Source: Myxococcales bacterium (lineage in GTDB: Bacteria > Myxococcota > Myxococcia > Myxococcales > UBA5297). From it: 64,000 bases of DNA. The stretch lies in contig JBBIQS010000039.1 in NCBI GenBank assembly GCA_037442205.1, positions 6,102 through 70,101 of the forward strand. Reading direction: 5' to 3'. Below the pieces are notes generated by a model. The model ran no database searches, had not been told where the DNA came from, and was given only the letters and a program-made list of their open reading frames with translations. Within the stretch, counting starts at the first letter, position 1. The number at the start of each line of letters is the position of its first letter. The translations under genes were made by a program, and so were the position numbers. Below are positions 18,872-32,991 of this stretch, piece by piece.

Positions 18872-20692
18872 ATGCAGATTCCGCCGGAAAAGATCCACGA
18901 GATCCTCGAGCGCACCGACCTGGTGGCGCTGGTCTCCCGGCACGTCGAGCTCAAGAAGAGCGGCCGAGCCTACAAGGGCCTGTGCCCCTTCCACGGCGAG
19001 AAGACGCCCAGCTTCCACGTCACCCCCGAGCGGCGGATCTTCAAGTGCTTCGGCTGCGACGCCGGCGGCGACGCCATCGCCTTCCAGATGCGCATCAGCG
19101 GCCGCCCGTTCGTCGAGGTGGTGCGCGAGCTGGCGAAGGAGGCGGGCGTCACCCTCGAGGAGCGCGAAGATCCCGCCTCCCGCGAGCGCGCCCAGTTGCT
19201 GGAGGCCAACGAGCAGGCCCGCCGCCTCTTCGAAGACCAACTGTGGAAGGACCCGCGCGCTGCCCCGGGCCGCGAGCACCTGGCCAAGCGGTCCGTCTCG
19301 GAAGAGCTCGCCCGCCATTTTGGCCTGGGCTATGCCGTCAATGCCTGGAACGAAGTTGTCAACCGCTTTGTTAGGGAGGGCATCCTCGAGTGGGGGGCGC
19401 GAGCCGGACTGTGCGCCCCGCGGACCAAGTCGGACGGGTTTTACGATGTTTTTCGCGGGCGCCTGATGATCCCTATCCGCTCACCGGAAGGACGAACCGT
19501 CGCCTTCGGCGCCCGCCTGATCGAGGAGAACCCGCGCCCCGACGGCAACTCGGGGCCCAAGTACCTCAACTCCAAGGACTCGCCGCTGTACCGCAAGAGC
19601 GAGGTCCTCTACGGCCTCGACCTGGCCAAGGACGAGATCCGCCGCTCGCGCACCGCCGTCCTGGTCGAGGGCTACTTCGACGTGATCGGGCTGCACGGCG
19701 CCGGGGTCAAGAACGCGGTGGCGCTCTGCTCCACCGCCCTCACCGCCGGCCACCTGCAGGCGCTGTCGCGCGCCGACGCCCAGGACCTGGTGCTGCTGCT
19801 CGACGGCGACGCCGCCGGCCTCAAGGCGGTCGAGCGGCTGGCCGGTCCGATCCTGGCCTCCGGCGCCAAGGCCCGGGTGGCCTGCCTGCCGCAGGGCGAC
19901 GACCCCGACACCTTCGCCCTGCGCGAGGGCAAAGCCGCTCTCGACTCGCTGGTGGAGAAGGCCCCGGTCCTGAGCCGGCACCTCTTGCACCAGTGCCTGC
20001 CCTCCCCGCGGACCTCCTCGCTGGAGGAGAAGCTCGCCGCCCTCGCCCGCCTCACGCCGGTGCTGGAGCAGATGCCGGCCGGGGTGGCCAAGAGCATGTT
20101 CCTCACCGAGCTCGCCGACCACCTCGGCGTCCCGGAGAGCGACATCAAGGCCCACCTCAACCGCGAGGTGAAGGCGGCGCCGCGCCCCAAGCCGGCGCCC
20201 CAGGCCAAGCCGGTCTCGGCCTCGCTCAGCCCTCACGAGGAGCTGCTGGCGGCGCTGCTGATCGCCGACCCGCCGCTGCGCGACGAGCCCGAGGCTCGCT
20301 TCGCCGACCAGATCCGCTCGCTGGAGGTGCGGCTGCTCTTGATCGCCGAGCGGCCGCTGGAGGCGCTCAATTCGCTGGCCCCCGCCCTGCGCCAGGGGCT
20401 GGAGCGGCGCCTCTCCGAGATCGCCCAGACCATGGCCGAGCCCGACAAGCGCCGCAAGGCGCTGCGCGACTCGTGCGCCGGCATGCGGCTGTCCCAGGTG
20501 ATGGAGCAGGTGGCAGAGAAGAAGGCGGAGCTCATCGAGGCCGAGCGCAGCGGCGCTCCCGAGGACGAGCTCTCCCGCCTGCAAGCAGAATTCGGCCAGC
20601 TGATGACCCAGCGCAAGCGGTTCGAGGACCGCTCGCGGGTGGCGGCCGACGCCGAGGGGGTCGCTGCGGCGGCCCGAGGGAGGGCGCAGTGA
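18872..20692 (+). CDS. dnaG: DNA primase
   Basis: It has the zinc finger [13 protein letters not shown]...[11 protein letters not shown] and a TOPRIM region ([10 protein letters not shown]...LLLDGDAAG). Confidence 0.95.
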   Translation: MQIPPEKIHEILERTDLVALVSRHVELKKSGRAYKGLCPFHGEKTPSFHVTPERRIFKCFGCDAGGDAIAFQMRISGRPFVEVVRELAKEAGVTLEEREDPASRERAQLLEANEQARRLFEDQLWKDPRAAPGREHLAKRSVSEELARHFGLGYAVNAWNEVVNRFVREGILEWGARAGLCAPRTKSDGFYDVFRGRLMIPIRSPEGRTVAFGARLIEENPRPDGNSGPKYLNSKDSPLYRKSEVLYGLDLAKDEIRRSRTAVLVEGYFDVIGLHGAGVKNAVALCSTALTAGHLQALSRADAQDLVLLLDGDAAGLKAVERLAGPILASGAKARVACLPQGDDPDTFALREGKAALDSLVEKAPVLSRHLLHQCLPSPRTSSLEEKLAALARLTPVLEQMPAGVAKSMFLTELADHLGVPESDIKAHLNREVKAAPRPKPAPQAKPVSASLSPHEELLAALLIADPPLRDEPEARFADQIRSLEVRLLLIAERPLEALNSLAPALRQGLERRLSEIAQTMAEPDKRRKALRDSCAGMRLSQVMEQVAEKKAELIEAERSGAPEDELSRLQAEFGQLMTQRKRFEDRSRVAADAEGVAAAARGRAQ

Positions 20693-20763
20693 AGAATCCC
20701 CTTTCGTATTTCAAGGATCGGCTCGCCGGCAGGCTGGGCCTGACCCGCGGCAAGGAGCAGTCG

Positions 20764-23025
<2,262 letters not shown>

Positions 23026-23052
23026 GCCGACAGCCGAGCCTCTGAATACGAA

Positions 23053-23090
23053 GGGCCCGCGCGACGCGTCGCGCGGGCCCTTCTCTTTTC
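23053..23090 (+). terminator. Rho-independent terminator after rpoD
   Basis: GGGCCCGCGCGAC-GCG-TCGCGCGGGCCC is a hairpin with 12-13 bp arms (23053-23080). It is followed by TTCTCTTTTC. Confidence 0.75.
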
Positions 23091-23130
23091 AGCCGCCGCT
23101 GGCCCAGGAGAATCGCGGGACCGCGGCGCA

Positions 23131-23202
23131 TGGGCCCTGCAGGATTCGAACCTGCGACGAAGCGGTTATGAGCCGCCGGCTCTACCGCTGAGCTAAGGGC
23201 CC
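23131..23202 (-). tRNA. tRNA with anticodon CAT; features favour tRNA-Ile2 (lysidine type) over elongator Met; not an initiator
   Basis: The reverse complement folds as GGGCCCT TA GCTC AGCGGTA GAGC C GGCGG CTCATAA CCGCT TCGTC GCAGG TTCGAAT CCTGC AGGGCCC A. G1-C72 is paired, so it is not an initiator. It has C4-G69/C5-G68 and a G27-U43 wobble, and it closely resembles E. coli ileX as I recall it. Confidence 0.9.
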
Positions 23203-23503
23203 GGTCGAGCGTGGGCCGTTTTGGCATGGCGCGGGCCGGGCATCAAGCCTTTGCCGCTCCGCTTGCGCCAAGCCACGCACCGATATGCCGCGCTCCGCCG
23301 CCATGCGCCGATTCCCGACCGCTCCCAACGATTGGCCGAGCGACCGAGCGCTCGGGAGAAAGGGCGACATCCCTCCAAGGCGGATGACCGGGTGCGGCTG
23401 TGCGGTTGCATCACGCAGAACCGTTTCACTTGGACCACCCAGCGCCTGAGAGATAGGCGCCTGCAAGCGCTCCATGCGAACTGCCCAGCGCTTCACACTG
23501 CGG

Positions 23504-23531
23504 TTGCGTCGCGGCGAGCGTGTGGTATATC
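23504..23531 (+). promoter_or_regulatory. Candidate promoter for the zinc-ribbon/RNase H genes
   Basis: TTGCGT (23504-23509), a 16-nt spacer, then TATATC (23526-23531), about 40 nt upstream of the GTG at 23572. Confidence 0.25.
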
Positions 23532-23571
23532 CCCGCGCGAATCGGGGGTTCGTTCTTTTGGAGGCTTATCC

Positions 23572-24297
23572 GTGTCCGTCAAGGAGCTGCTGAAGGGGCT
23601 TCACGCGCTGCAGAAGATCGACCTCGAGATCCTCGAGCTGCGGCGCACAGGTGAGGCCCATCCGAAACGGCTGGCCCAGCTCGATGCCGAGCTGGCCACC
23701 GCTCGAGGGGCTGCCGATCTGGAGCGCAACCGCCTGGCGGACAACGAGAAGCAGCGGCGCGACAAGGAGCAGGAGATCTCCTCCGAGAAGGAGAAGATCA
23801 AGAAGTGGGAGGCGCGGCTCGCCGAGCAGCGCACCACCCGCGAGTACGCCGCCCTGGCCCGCGAGATCGACATCGCCAAGAAGGCCGTCCTCAACCTGGA
23901 GGACGAGCTCAAGCTGCTGGTCGCCGCCACCGAAGAGATCCGCAAGGCGCTCAGCGTCAAGGAGGGCGACCTTCGCCGCCGCGAGGACGCCAGCGCCGCC
24001 GAGCGCACCACGCTCACCACTCAGATTTCGACCCTCGACGGCCAGGTGAAGGGGCTGTCGGAGAAGCGCGACGAGGCCGCCAAGGGGGTCGACTCCGGGC
24101 TGGCCGCCAAGTACGAGTCGGTGCGCAAGAAGCGCGGCAGCGGCATGGCCCCGGTGGTCAACGGCATCTGCAAGGGCTGCAACATGCGCCTGCCTCCGCA
24201 GCTGCAGAACATCCTGCGCGCCGGCGCCACCATCGAGGCCTGCCCCAACTGCCTGCGGCTGATCTACGCCTCGGAAGTCATCAACCTCGGCGAGTAG
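23572..24297 (+). CDS. C4-type zinc-ribbon coiled-coil protein (DUF164 / COG1579)
   Basis: I trimmed the start to GTG 23572, with GGAGG 7 nt upstream. The protein has a long coiled coil and then the ICKGCNMRLP...ACPNCLRLIY zinc ribbon. Confidence 0.85.
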   Translation: MSVKELLKGLHALQKIDLEILELRRTGEAHPKRLAQLDAELATARGAADLERNRLADNEKQRRDKEQEISSEKEKIKKWEARLAEQRTTREYAALAREIDIAKKAVLNLEDELKLLVAATEEIRKALSVKEGDLRRREDASAAERTTLTTQISTLDGQVKGLSEKRDEAAKGVDSGLAAKYESVRKKRGSGMAPVVNGICKGCNMRLPPQLQNILRAGATIEACPNCLRLIYASEVINLGE

Positions 24298-24330
24298 CGC
24301 CCCGAGCTCCCGGCGCGATCGGCCTCTCCC

Positions 24331-25026
24331 ATGGCGCTGCCGTCCCGCGCTGAGATCCTGAACTTCATCGCCGCCCGCGAGGGTCTGGAGAAGACCCTCG
24401 AGCGCTTCCCCGGCGTCACCCGCGAGCAGCTGCGCGCGGTGCTGCGCGACGCGGCGGTGCTGCTGCTGGCCGAGGAGCAGGGCGTCGAGGAGCAGCCGGA
24501 CGAGAAACCGCTGGCGCCGCTGCGCGAGCAGAAGGTTTCGCCGCCAGCTCCCGCTGCCGCCGTTCCCTCCCCGCATCGCCCGGTACCTGAGCCGGCCGCT
24601 GAGACGGCTGCTGGCGAGGGCGCCAAGCGGCTCAAGCTCTACTCCGACGGCGCCGCCCGCGGGAACCCCGGACCGGCGGGCGCGGGCGCGGTGCTGATGA
24701 AGCAGGACGGCACCCTGGTCGCCAAGCTCGGCAAGTTCCTGGGCACCCAGACCAACAACGTGGCCGAGTACACCGCGCTGATCCTCGGCCTCGAGACCGC
24801 TCTGCGGCTGGGCGCCGACGAGATCGACGTCTTCGCCGACTCCGAGCTGCTCATCCGCCAGCTGGAGGGCGTCTACAAGGTCAAGAGCCCCGGGCTCAAG
24901 CCGCTCTACGACCAGGTCAAGCTGCTGCTCCGCCGCTTCCAGCTCGTGCGCCTGCAGCACGTGCCTCGCGAGAAGAACAAGCTCGCCGACGAGATGAGCA
25001 ACCGCGCCATCGACGAGAAGATGTAG
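24331..25026 (+). CDS. RNase H type-1 family protein with an N-terminal extension of about 90 aa
   Basis: The C-terminal domain reads LYSDGAARGNPGPAGAGAVL...NNVAEYTALILGLE...DSELLIRQL...REKNKLADEMSN, covering the DEDD catalytic positions. The N-terminus is a helical domain plus a Pro/Ala linker. Confidence 0.85.
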   Translation: MALPSRAEILNFIAAREGLEKTLERFPGVTREQLRAVLRDAAVLLLAEEQGVEEQPDEKPLAPLREQKVSPPAPAAAVPSPHRPVPEPAAETAAGEGAKRLKLYSDGAARGNPGPAGAGAVLMKQDGTLVAKLGKFLGTQTNNVAEYTALILGLETALRLGADEIDVFADSELLIRQLEGVYKVKSPGLKPLYDQVKLLLRRFQLVRLQHVPREKNKLADEMSNRAIDEKM

Positions 25027-25068
25027 CGCCCGCTCCGCGGCGCCTCGCGCACTCCAAGGACAAGAAGA

Positions 25069-25106
25069 GGCGAAGCCGAGAGACCTTGCGATCCCTCGGC
25101 TTCGCC
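25069..25106. terminator. Hairpin between convergent genes (RNase H gene and hppA)
   Basis: GGCGAAGCCGAG (25069-25080) pairs with CTCGGCTTCGCC (25095-25106). On the minus strand it is followed by TCTTCTTGTCC. Confidence 0.5.
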
Positions 25107-25131
25107 CCTGTGATTCAACCTACGGCGTGGG

Positions 25132-27759
<2,628 letters not shown>

Positions 27760-27820
27760 TGCGGGCAATCTCCTTTACGGACGAACGGTCAGGCGCTGTC
27801 GCGTCAGGGAGTCAGGTGCG

Positions 27821-28582
27821 TCAGCGGTCCGCCGAGTGCCACCAGGCGTGGTGGCTGATCTCCAATTCCTCCTCTGCGGGGAAGCGGTAGAAGCGCATCC
27901 CAGTCTGGTCTCCGATGAAGAAGCCGCGGCGGATGACCCGGAAGAAGCCCTGGGTCCGCGGCGTGCGCGACACGGTCTTGGTGCTCTTGCCGCCCTGCCC
28001 GGCCAGCTCGCGCAGGCAGTCCTCGATGTGCATCCGGTCGGAGTACGGCAGGTCGCCGCGCAGCCGGCCCTTGTCGTCGCGGTCGATGCGCAGGTCGGCG
28101 AAGAACAGCCGCGGGGCGCCGACCGGGTTGGAGGGGTCGGTCATGTAGCGGCAGAACTGCGCCGGCGGCAGCCGCGAGACCACCAGCGGGATCAGCGGGC
28201 ACAGCTCCTGGTACATCGCCGGGCCCTGCTCCTCCTTGGCCGCGTCGTAGGGGCTCTGGTCGAGGGCCAGCACCCGGCCGTCAGGGGTGGTCAGGTAGAG
28301 CTTGCGGTAGGCCGCCAGCGGCACGAACTCCATCGCCCGGTAGACGGAGATGTACTTGCTGCGCTTGGGACTGCCGTCGGGGCGCGGGGTCAGCCGGGCC
28401 TCGAGGTCGGAGACGGGGAAGTGGTCGCCGGCCTGGGCAGGATCGATCTCGAAGAAGATCACCCGCCCGCTGGCCAGCTTCTTGGTGCCAACCGCCATGT
28501 AGATGCCGAATTCCTCCGGCTCCAGGTGGGAGGCAACCAGGGCTTCGAAGCGGGATCCGATCAGATAGAGATGGGTCTTCAT
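27821..28582 (-). CDS. Hypothetical cytoplasmic protein (253 aa), no family recognised
   Basis: It has a clean ATG and normal, diverse amino-acid composition (MKTHLYLIGSRFEALVASHLEPEEFGIYMAVG...HHAWWHSADR). It lies 52 nt upstream of hppA on the same strand. Confidence 0.7.
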   Translation of the reverse strand: MKTHLYLIGSRFEALVASHLEPEEFGIYMAVGTKKLASGRVIFFEIDPAQAGDHFPVSDLEARLTPRPDGSPKRSKYISVYRAMEFVPLAAYRKLYLTTPDGRVLALDQSPYDAAKEEQGPAMYQELCPLIPLVVSRLPPAQFCRYMTDPSNPVGAPRLFFADLRIDRDDKGRLRGDLPYSDRMHIEDCLRELAGQGGKSTKTVSRTPRTQGFFRVIRRGFFIGDQTGMRFYRFPAEEELEISHHAWWHSADR

Positions 28583-28792
28583 GGCAGCCGTTCCTTGGGC
28601 AAGGCAGGAGCGCCGGAGCTGACCCGCACGCTCGCCGCGGGGTCGGGCGGCCCGGGGTGTGAGGGTCGCCGCCCCGACAACGTCCGCCAGCGGACAAATG
28701 TTCTGCTGGGGCTGAATCGACGAGGCGGCACCAGTTCGGCGCGCCGAGCGCTCGTCAGAGCAGCGGCGAAGTGAGTCAGCCGGCCAGCGGAA

Positions 28793-29791
28793 TCACTCGA
28801 CGGTCAGCTCGCCCGCCAGATCCTCGCGCATGCGCGCACGCACGCGGGCAGGGTCGGCCTCGTAGGCCAGCACGTGCATCAGCTTGGTGACCGCGGCCTC
28901 GGGCGTCATGTCGCCGCCGCCGATCACCCCGCGCTCCAGCGCCGCCGCGCCGCCCTCGTAGAGCGACAGATCGACCGCGTTGCAGCGCGCCTGGCTGACC
29001 ATGACCACTGGGATTCCGCGCTCGCGCGCCTCGTCGAAGAGCGGCACCAGCGAGGTTTCGCCGTGGGCCGGGAAGTTGCCGGCGCCGAAGCCCTCGACCA
29101 CCAACCCCTTGAGCCCGGACAGCAGCCCGCGGCCGACCGAGGGCGGGAAGCCGGGGAAGATCTTGAGCAGGAAGACCTCGGGCTCGAGCCGCGCCGCCAG
29201 GTGCTGCTCGCCCCCCGCTGGCCGCCCCGCCGCCCAGACGATGTCCACGCCCAGGGTTCCCAGAGGCGGGAAGTTGGGGCTCTCGAAGGCGTCGTAGTCG
29301 TTGATCTTGCCCTTGCGCGTGCGGTTGCCGCGGTAGAGCCGGCTGTCGAAGCAGACGCTCACCTCGCTCGGGCCCTGGCAGGCGGCGGTGACCGCGTCGA
29401 TCAGGTTGAGGCGGGCGTCGGTGCGCACCTCGCCCAGCGGCCGCTGCGAGCCGGTGAGGACCACCGGCCGGCGGGGGTTGCGCACCATGAAAGACAGGGC
29501 GCTGGCGGTCCAGGCCATGGTGTCGGTGCCGTGGGTGATGACGACGCCCTCGTACTCCTCCAGCGCCTTGCCCACCCGCTCGGCCAGCGAGCACCAGAGC
29601 GCCGGCCGCATGTCCGAGCTGTCGATGTTGCTGAACACCTCCAGCGACACCTCGGCGATCCGCCACAGCTCGGGGGCGTGGCGGCGCAGCATCTGCTCGA
29701 AGTCGGCCGGGCGCAGCGGCTGCGGGCGGCTGCCCTGCATGCCCAGGGTCCCGCCGGTGTGGAGGATGAGGATGCGCTTGCGCTCAGGCAC
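28793..29791 (-). CDS. ansA: Type I L-asparaginase
   Basis: I trimmed the 783-aa shadow-extended ORF to GTG 29791, which has AGGAG upstream. The protein shows ILILHTGGTLGM (catalytic Thr motif), ...ITHGTDTMAWTA..., and full-length asparaginase collinearity. Confidence 0.9.
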   Translation of the reverse strand: MPERKRILILHTGGTLGMQGSRPQPLRPADFEQMLRRHAPELWRIAEVSLEVFSNIDSSDMRPALWCSLAERVGKALEEYEGVVITHGTDTMAWTASALSFMVRNPRRPVVLTGSQRPLGEVRTDARLNLIDAVTAACQGPSEVSVCFDSRLYRGNRTRKGKINDYDAFESPNFPPLGTLGVDIVWAAGRPAGGEQHLAARLEPEVFLLKIFPGFPPSVGRGLLSGLKGLVVEGFGAGNFPAHGETSLVPLFDEARERGIPVVMVSQARCNAVDLSLYEGGAAALERGVIGGGDMTPEAAVTKLMHVLAYEADPARVRARMREDLAGELTVE

Positions 29792-29938
29792 TGGGTGGCT
29801 CCTTGAGTGTGCGAGACTAGATCGAGTCCAAACATGAATCGAGCGAGTTCCCTGCCGCCCAGAACGCTTGCCTCCGCTCTCCGGACGTCTCTCGCTCGGC
29901 TTTACCGTCCCCGCTCGTTCGACTACCATCCGCGCTCG

Positions 29939-30817
29939 ATGCGCCGCCCCCTCGCCGCCCTGCTCGTGGTCTTTGGCCTGCTGCTCGCCGGCTGCCAGAC
30001 CGATCGAGCCGTCGCCCAGCCGCCCGTGGGGCCTCTGAACCTGTCGAACGCAGGCGTCCGGGGGCTCAACGCCGAGCTCGAGGACACCGTGCGCTCGGTG
30101 GCCCTGCGGGCGCGCTGCCCCTGCGGCGGCGACCACAGCCTCGACGCCTGCGTGCGCAGCCACACCTCTTGCGAGCTGGGCCCGCGGACGCTGTCGCTGT
30201 CCGCCAAGCTGGTGAAGATGGGCGCCACCATCCCCGACGCCGAGCAGGAGCTGGCCAACTACCGGGCCTCGTTCTTCGGCCCGCGGCCCCAGTTCGAGCT
30301 GAGCGAAGGCGCCTGCAAGGGCCCCAGGGACGCCAAGGTGACGGTGGTCGAGTTCTCCGATTTCGAGTGCCCGGCCTGCGGCAACGCCCGCCTGGTGGTC
30401 GAGTCCCTGCCCGAGGCCATCCCCGGCCTGCGGATGTGCTTCAAGCACTTCCCTCTCAAGCGCCACCTGCGGGCCTTCGACGCCGCCCAGGCCGCCGAGT
30501 TCGCCCGCGAGCAGGGCCGCTTCTGGGAGCTGCACGACCTGCTCTTCGACGGCCAGGCCAGTCTGGAGATCGAAGACTTCAAGAAGTACGCCCGCATCCT
30601 CGGCCTGGACGACGCCGCGCTGGAGCAGGCGATCCACTCCGGGAAGTACGCCGAGCGGGTCCAGCAGAGCCGCGAGGAGGGCGTGGCCGCCGGCGTCAAC
30701 GCAACCCCCAGTCTCTTCATCAACGGGCGGCTCCTGTCGCTGCCCATGGACGCCGATCTCATCGCGCACAGCGTGCAGGACGAGCTGGTCTACAAGGCCG
30801 GCGCTGCGCACCCCTGA
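29939..30817 (+). CDS. DsbA-family thiol:disulfide oxidoreductase lipoprotein
   Basis: I trimmed the start to ATG 29939, which gives the lipobox MRRPLAALLVVFGLLLAGC. The thioredoxin active site is FSDFECPACG, and the tail is DsbA-like (GVNATPSLFINGR). Confidence 0.85.
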   Translation: MRRPLAALLVVFGLLLAGCQTDRAVAQPPVGPLNLSNAGVRGLNAELEDTVRSVALRARCPCGGDHSLDACVRSHTSCELGPRTLSLSAKLVKMGATIPDAEQELANYRASFFGPRPQFELSEGACKGPRDAKVTVVEFSDFECPACGNARLVVESLPEAIPGLRMCFKHFPLKRHLRAFDAAQAAEFAREQGRFWELHDLLFDGQASLEIEDFKKYARILGLDDAALEQAIHSGKYAERVQQSREEGVAAGVNATPSLFINGRLLSLPMDADLIAHSVQDELVYKAGAAHP

Positions 30818-30863
30818 GATCCGGCGCCTTGCGAGGTGCTTCGTGAGAGCGCGTGATTCCTTC

Positions 30864-32051
30864 GTGAAGATGCTGGTGGCCGCCCTGGCCCTGTCGCTGC
30901 TGCCTGGCCTGGCCGCCGCCCAGCGCCGGGTGCTCGGCGGCGCCAAGCCGACCGAAACCAAGCCGGCCGAGTCCGCTCCGGCGGCGCCGGGTCCGTCGAA
31001 GGAGGAGCCCAAGAGCCCTGCCCCCGCTCCGGCTCCGGCTCCGGCTCCGACCGCACCTGCCTCCGACGCGGTGGCCCCGGAGAAGCTGGGCGCCGACAAA
31101 GAGCGCGAGAGCAAGGTCTCGGCACCGGCGATCCTGGTTCCCAAGGACGAGCAGGGCCAGCCGGAGAAGGCCGCCGGCCGGGCGGTGGTCGCCGCCGAGC
31201 CGCAGGAGTCGGTCTACCGCAAGAAGATCGACAAGAACGTCATCGTCCTCCACGTCCGCCCGGCCAGACCGCTGCCCGCCCAGCCGGTGACGCTGACGGT
31301 GGAGCTGCAGAAGCTGCTGCCCATCCCGGACCCGGCAATCGGCGATCGCGCTCCGGTCGAGGGCGCCACGGTGCTGGCCACCATCACCCGCGACGGCAAG
31401 GGGGCCACTCCCAGCAGCTACCTGTTCCACCCGATGTCCGACTCCGGCGTCTACGGGGTGCGCTTCAGCGTCCCCGAGCACGGCCGTTACAAGGTGGAGA
31501 TCGCCCAGAGGCCCGGCCCCAACGCCGAGGTGGCCGAGCGCCCGATCGGCGCTGAGTTCGTGCTGGGAATCGGCGAGGCCACGCCGATGGAGGCCTCGCA
31601 GGAAGAGGGGGCGATCAAGGCCGGCAAAGGCCGCAGCGCCCTGCGGGTGGCCGACGCCAAGCACAAGGAAGGCCCGGCCGAGCTGATGCGCTCGCTCGGC
31701 GAGCACTGGATGGCCCTGATGCGCGGGCTGGAAACCAACCTCACCCTGGGCGAGCTGCAGGGCCACGCCAAGGCCATCGCCGAGCTGGCTGGCAAGCTGC
31801 CGGGCCAGGTGCCGCTGTCGATGGCGATCGACGGCCGGGAGTTCGACGCGCTGGCGCAGCAGCTGGCCAAGTCGGCCGCCGAGCTGCCGGCGGTAGCCGG
31901 CGACCGCGCCGGAGCCAAGGCCCAGGTGACCAGGATGGAGCAGGACCTCTGCCTGCGCTGCCACACCAAGTTCCGCTTTCGCATCGCCGACGAGCTGAGC
32001 AGCTGGCCGACCTTCGAGCCCAAGGCCCCCAGCGCCTCCCGCCGCCCGTAG
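30864..32051 (+). CDS. Secreted protein: Pro/Ala-rich linker, beta-sandwich-like domain, and a C-terminal four-helix cytochrome c'/c556-like domain (one CxxCH)
   Basis: The start is ambiguous (GTG 30843, GTG 30864 or ATG 30870). The signal peptide is (VK)MLVAALALSLLPGLAAA. A single haem motif, CLRCH, lies about 30 aa from the C-terminus after a helical region of about 110 aa, which is the class II cytochrome c arrangement. Confidence 0.75.
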   Translation: MKMLVAALALSLLPGLAAAQRRVLGGAKPTETKPAESAPAAPGPSKEEPKSPAPAPAPAPAPTAPASDAVAPEKLGADKERESKVSAPAILVPKDEQGQPEKAAGRAVVAAEPQESVYRKKIDKNVIVLHVRPARPLPAQPVTLTVELQKLLPIPDPAIGDRAPVEGATVLATITRDGKGATPSSYLFHPMSDSGVYGVRFSVPEHGRYKVEIAQRPGPNAEVAERPIGAEFVLGIGEATPMEASQEEGAIKAGKGRSALRVADAKHKEGPAELMRSLGEHWMALMRGLETNLTLGELQGHAKAIAELAGKLPGQVPLSMAIDGREFDALAQQLAKSAAELPAVAGDRAGAKAQVTRMEQDLCLRCHTKFRFRIADELSSWPTFEPKAPSASRRP

Positions 32052-32079
32052 TCCTTCCCTGACGCCTTTGGATCCCGCC

Positions 32080-32991
32080 ATGACCAGAGCTTCCCTCGTC
32101 ATCCTCTGCTGCCTCGCTCCGGCGCTGGCCGTCGCCGGCGCCCCCGCCGAAGTCGGCGACGCCGCTCACGGCGAGGCCCTGTTCCGCCTCCACTGTGCCG
32201 GCTGCCACGGCGCCGACGGCACCGGCGGCGGCTACCTCGCCCCCTCGCTCAAGAGCCCAGCTCCCGGCAACCTGCGCGACCCGGCCTACGCCATCCAGCG
32301 CACCGAGCAGGACCTGTTCGACGCCATCGCCAAGGGCGGCGCCGCCACCGGCCACCACTTCTCCATGCCCGCCTTCGGCGACGACCTGGGCGCCCTCGAC
32401 CTGTGGGACGTGGTGGCCTTCTTGCGCCGCGGCCAGGTGCAGATCGCCGACTACTTCCCGGCGGCGGCCCGCTACACCGCCAAGGTCTTCGCCATCGACG
32501 CCGACGGAAAGAAGCGGCTCGAGCCGGTGCTCGGATCGCTTTCGGACGAGGAGGCGCGAGTGCCGGTGGCCATCGTCTTCGGCGGCCAGAAGGCCGGCGA
32601 CGTCCCGCTCTTCGTCACCCAGGCCCCGCGCCAGCTCGACACCCTCAAGCCCAAGGAGAAGGCGGGCTACCTGGCCTTCGTGACGCTGGCCTGGCCCGGT
32701 GGCAAGCCGGTCCCGGCGACGGTGGCCTTCGACCGCGAGGGCGTGATCAGCGCCATCCGGCTCGCGGCAGGGGCGCTGCCGGACAAGGAGCTGGCCAAGG
32801 CCCAGAAGCTGGCCTCCGGCTACGAGGGCCAGGGCAGCAAGAAGGGCCCGTACAAGGAGCTCAAACCTCCCAAGGGCGCCGGCAAGGAGGCCGCTGAGGT
32901 CACCAAGGCGCTGACCCGCGCCTACCTGCGCGTGCTCGAGGGCGCCATCATGTTCGACAAGGAGGAGCGCGAGCGGCACTGGGCCGACTGA
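32080..32991 (+). CDS. Periplasmic class I c-type cytochrome with a C-terminal domain of about 180 aa and unknown function
   Basis: It has a signal peptide, the haem motif HCAGCHGADGTGGG, and a candidate distal Met (FSMPAFG). I did not recognise the C-terminal half with any confidence. Confidence 0.8.
   Translation: MTRASLVILCCLAPALAVAGAPAEVGDAAHGEALFRLHCAGCHGADGTGGGYLAPSLKSPAPGNLRDPAYAIQRTEQDLFDAIAKGGAATGHHFSMPAFGDDLGALDLWDVVAFLRRGQVQIADYFPAAARYTAKVFAIDADGKKRLEPVLGSLSDEEARVPVAIVFGGQKAGDVPLFVTQAPRQLDTLKPKEKAGYLAFVTLAWPGGKPVPATVAFDREGVISAIRLAAGALPDKELAKAQKLASGYEGQGSKKGPYKELKPPKGAGKEAAEVTKALTRAYLRVLEGAIMFDKEERERHWAD

Noticed and set aside
19390-20763. 5' part of the 1211-aa ORF that contains rpoD
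   Set aside because: This part lies inside dnaG in another frame and translates to R/P/G-rich sequence. The real rpoD starts at 20764, or at the GTG at 20689.
23131-23202. Reading the tRNA(CAT) as the initiator tRNA-fMet
   Set aside because: Position 1-72 is a G-C pair rather than a mismatch. The anticodon stem lacks the three consecutive G-C pairs typical of initiators.
23203-23571. tRNA-adjacent region as an integration site or genomic island border
   Set aside because: No integrase, direct repeat of the tRNA 3' end, or foreign-looking genes follow. The flanking genes are conserved housekeeping genes.
31026-31049. (GCTCCG)x4 hexanucleotide microsatellite
   Set aside because: It is real, but it simply encodes the PAPAPAPA linker of a secreted protein. 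It is in-frame and too short to argue for phase variation.
29792-31144. Upstream 450 codons of the 783-aa minus-strand ORF that ends in ansA
   Set aside because: The asparaginase homology begins at VPERKRILILHTGGT with its own RBS. The upstream part is antisense to the DsbA and cytochrome genes and is low-complexity.
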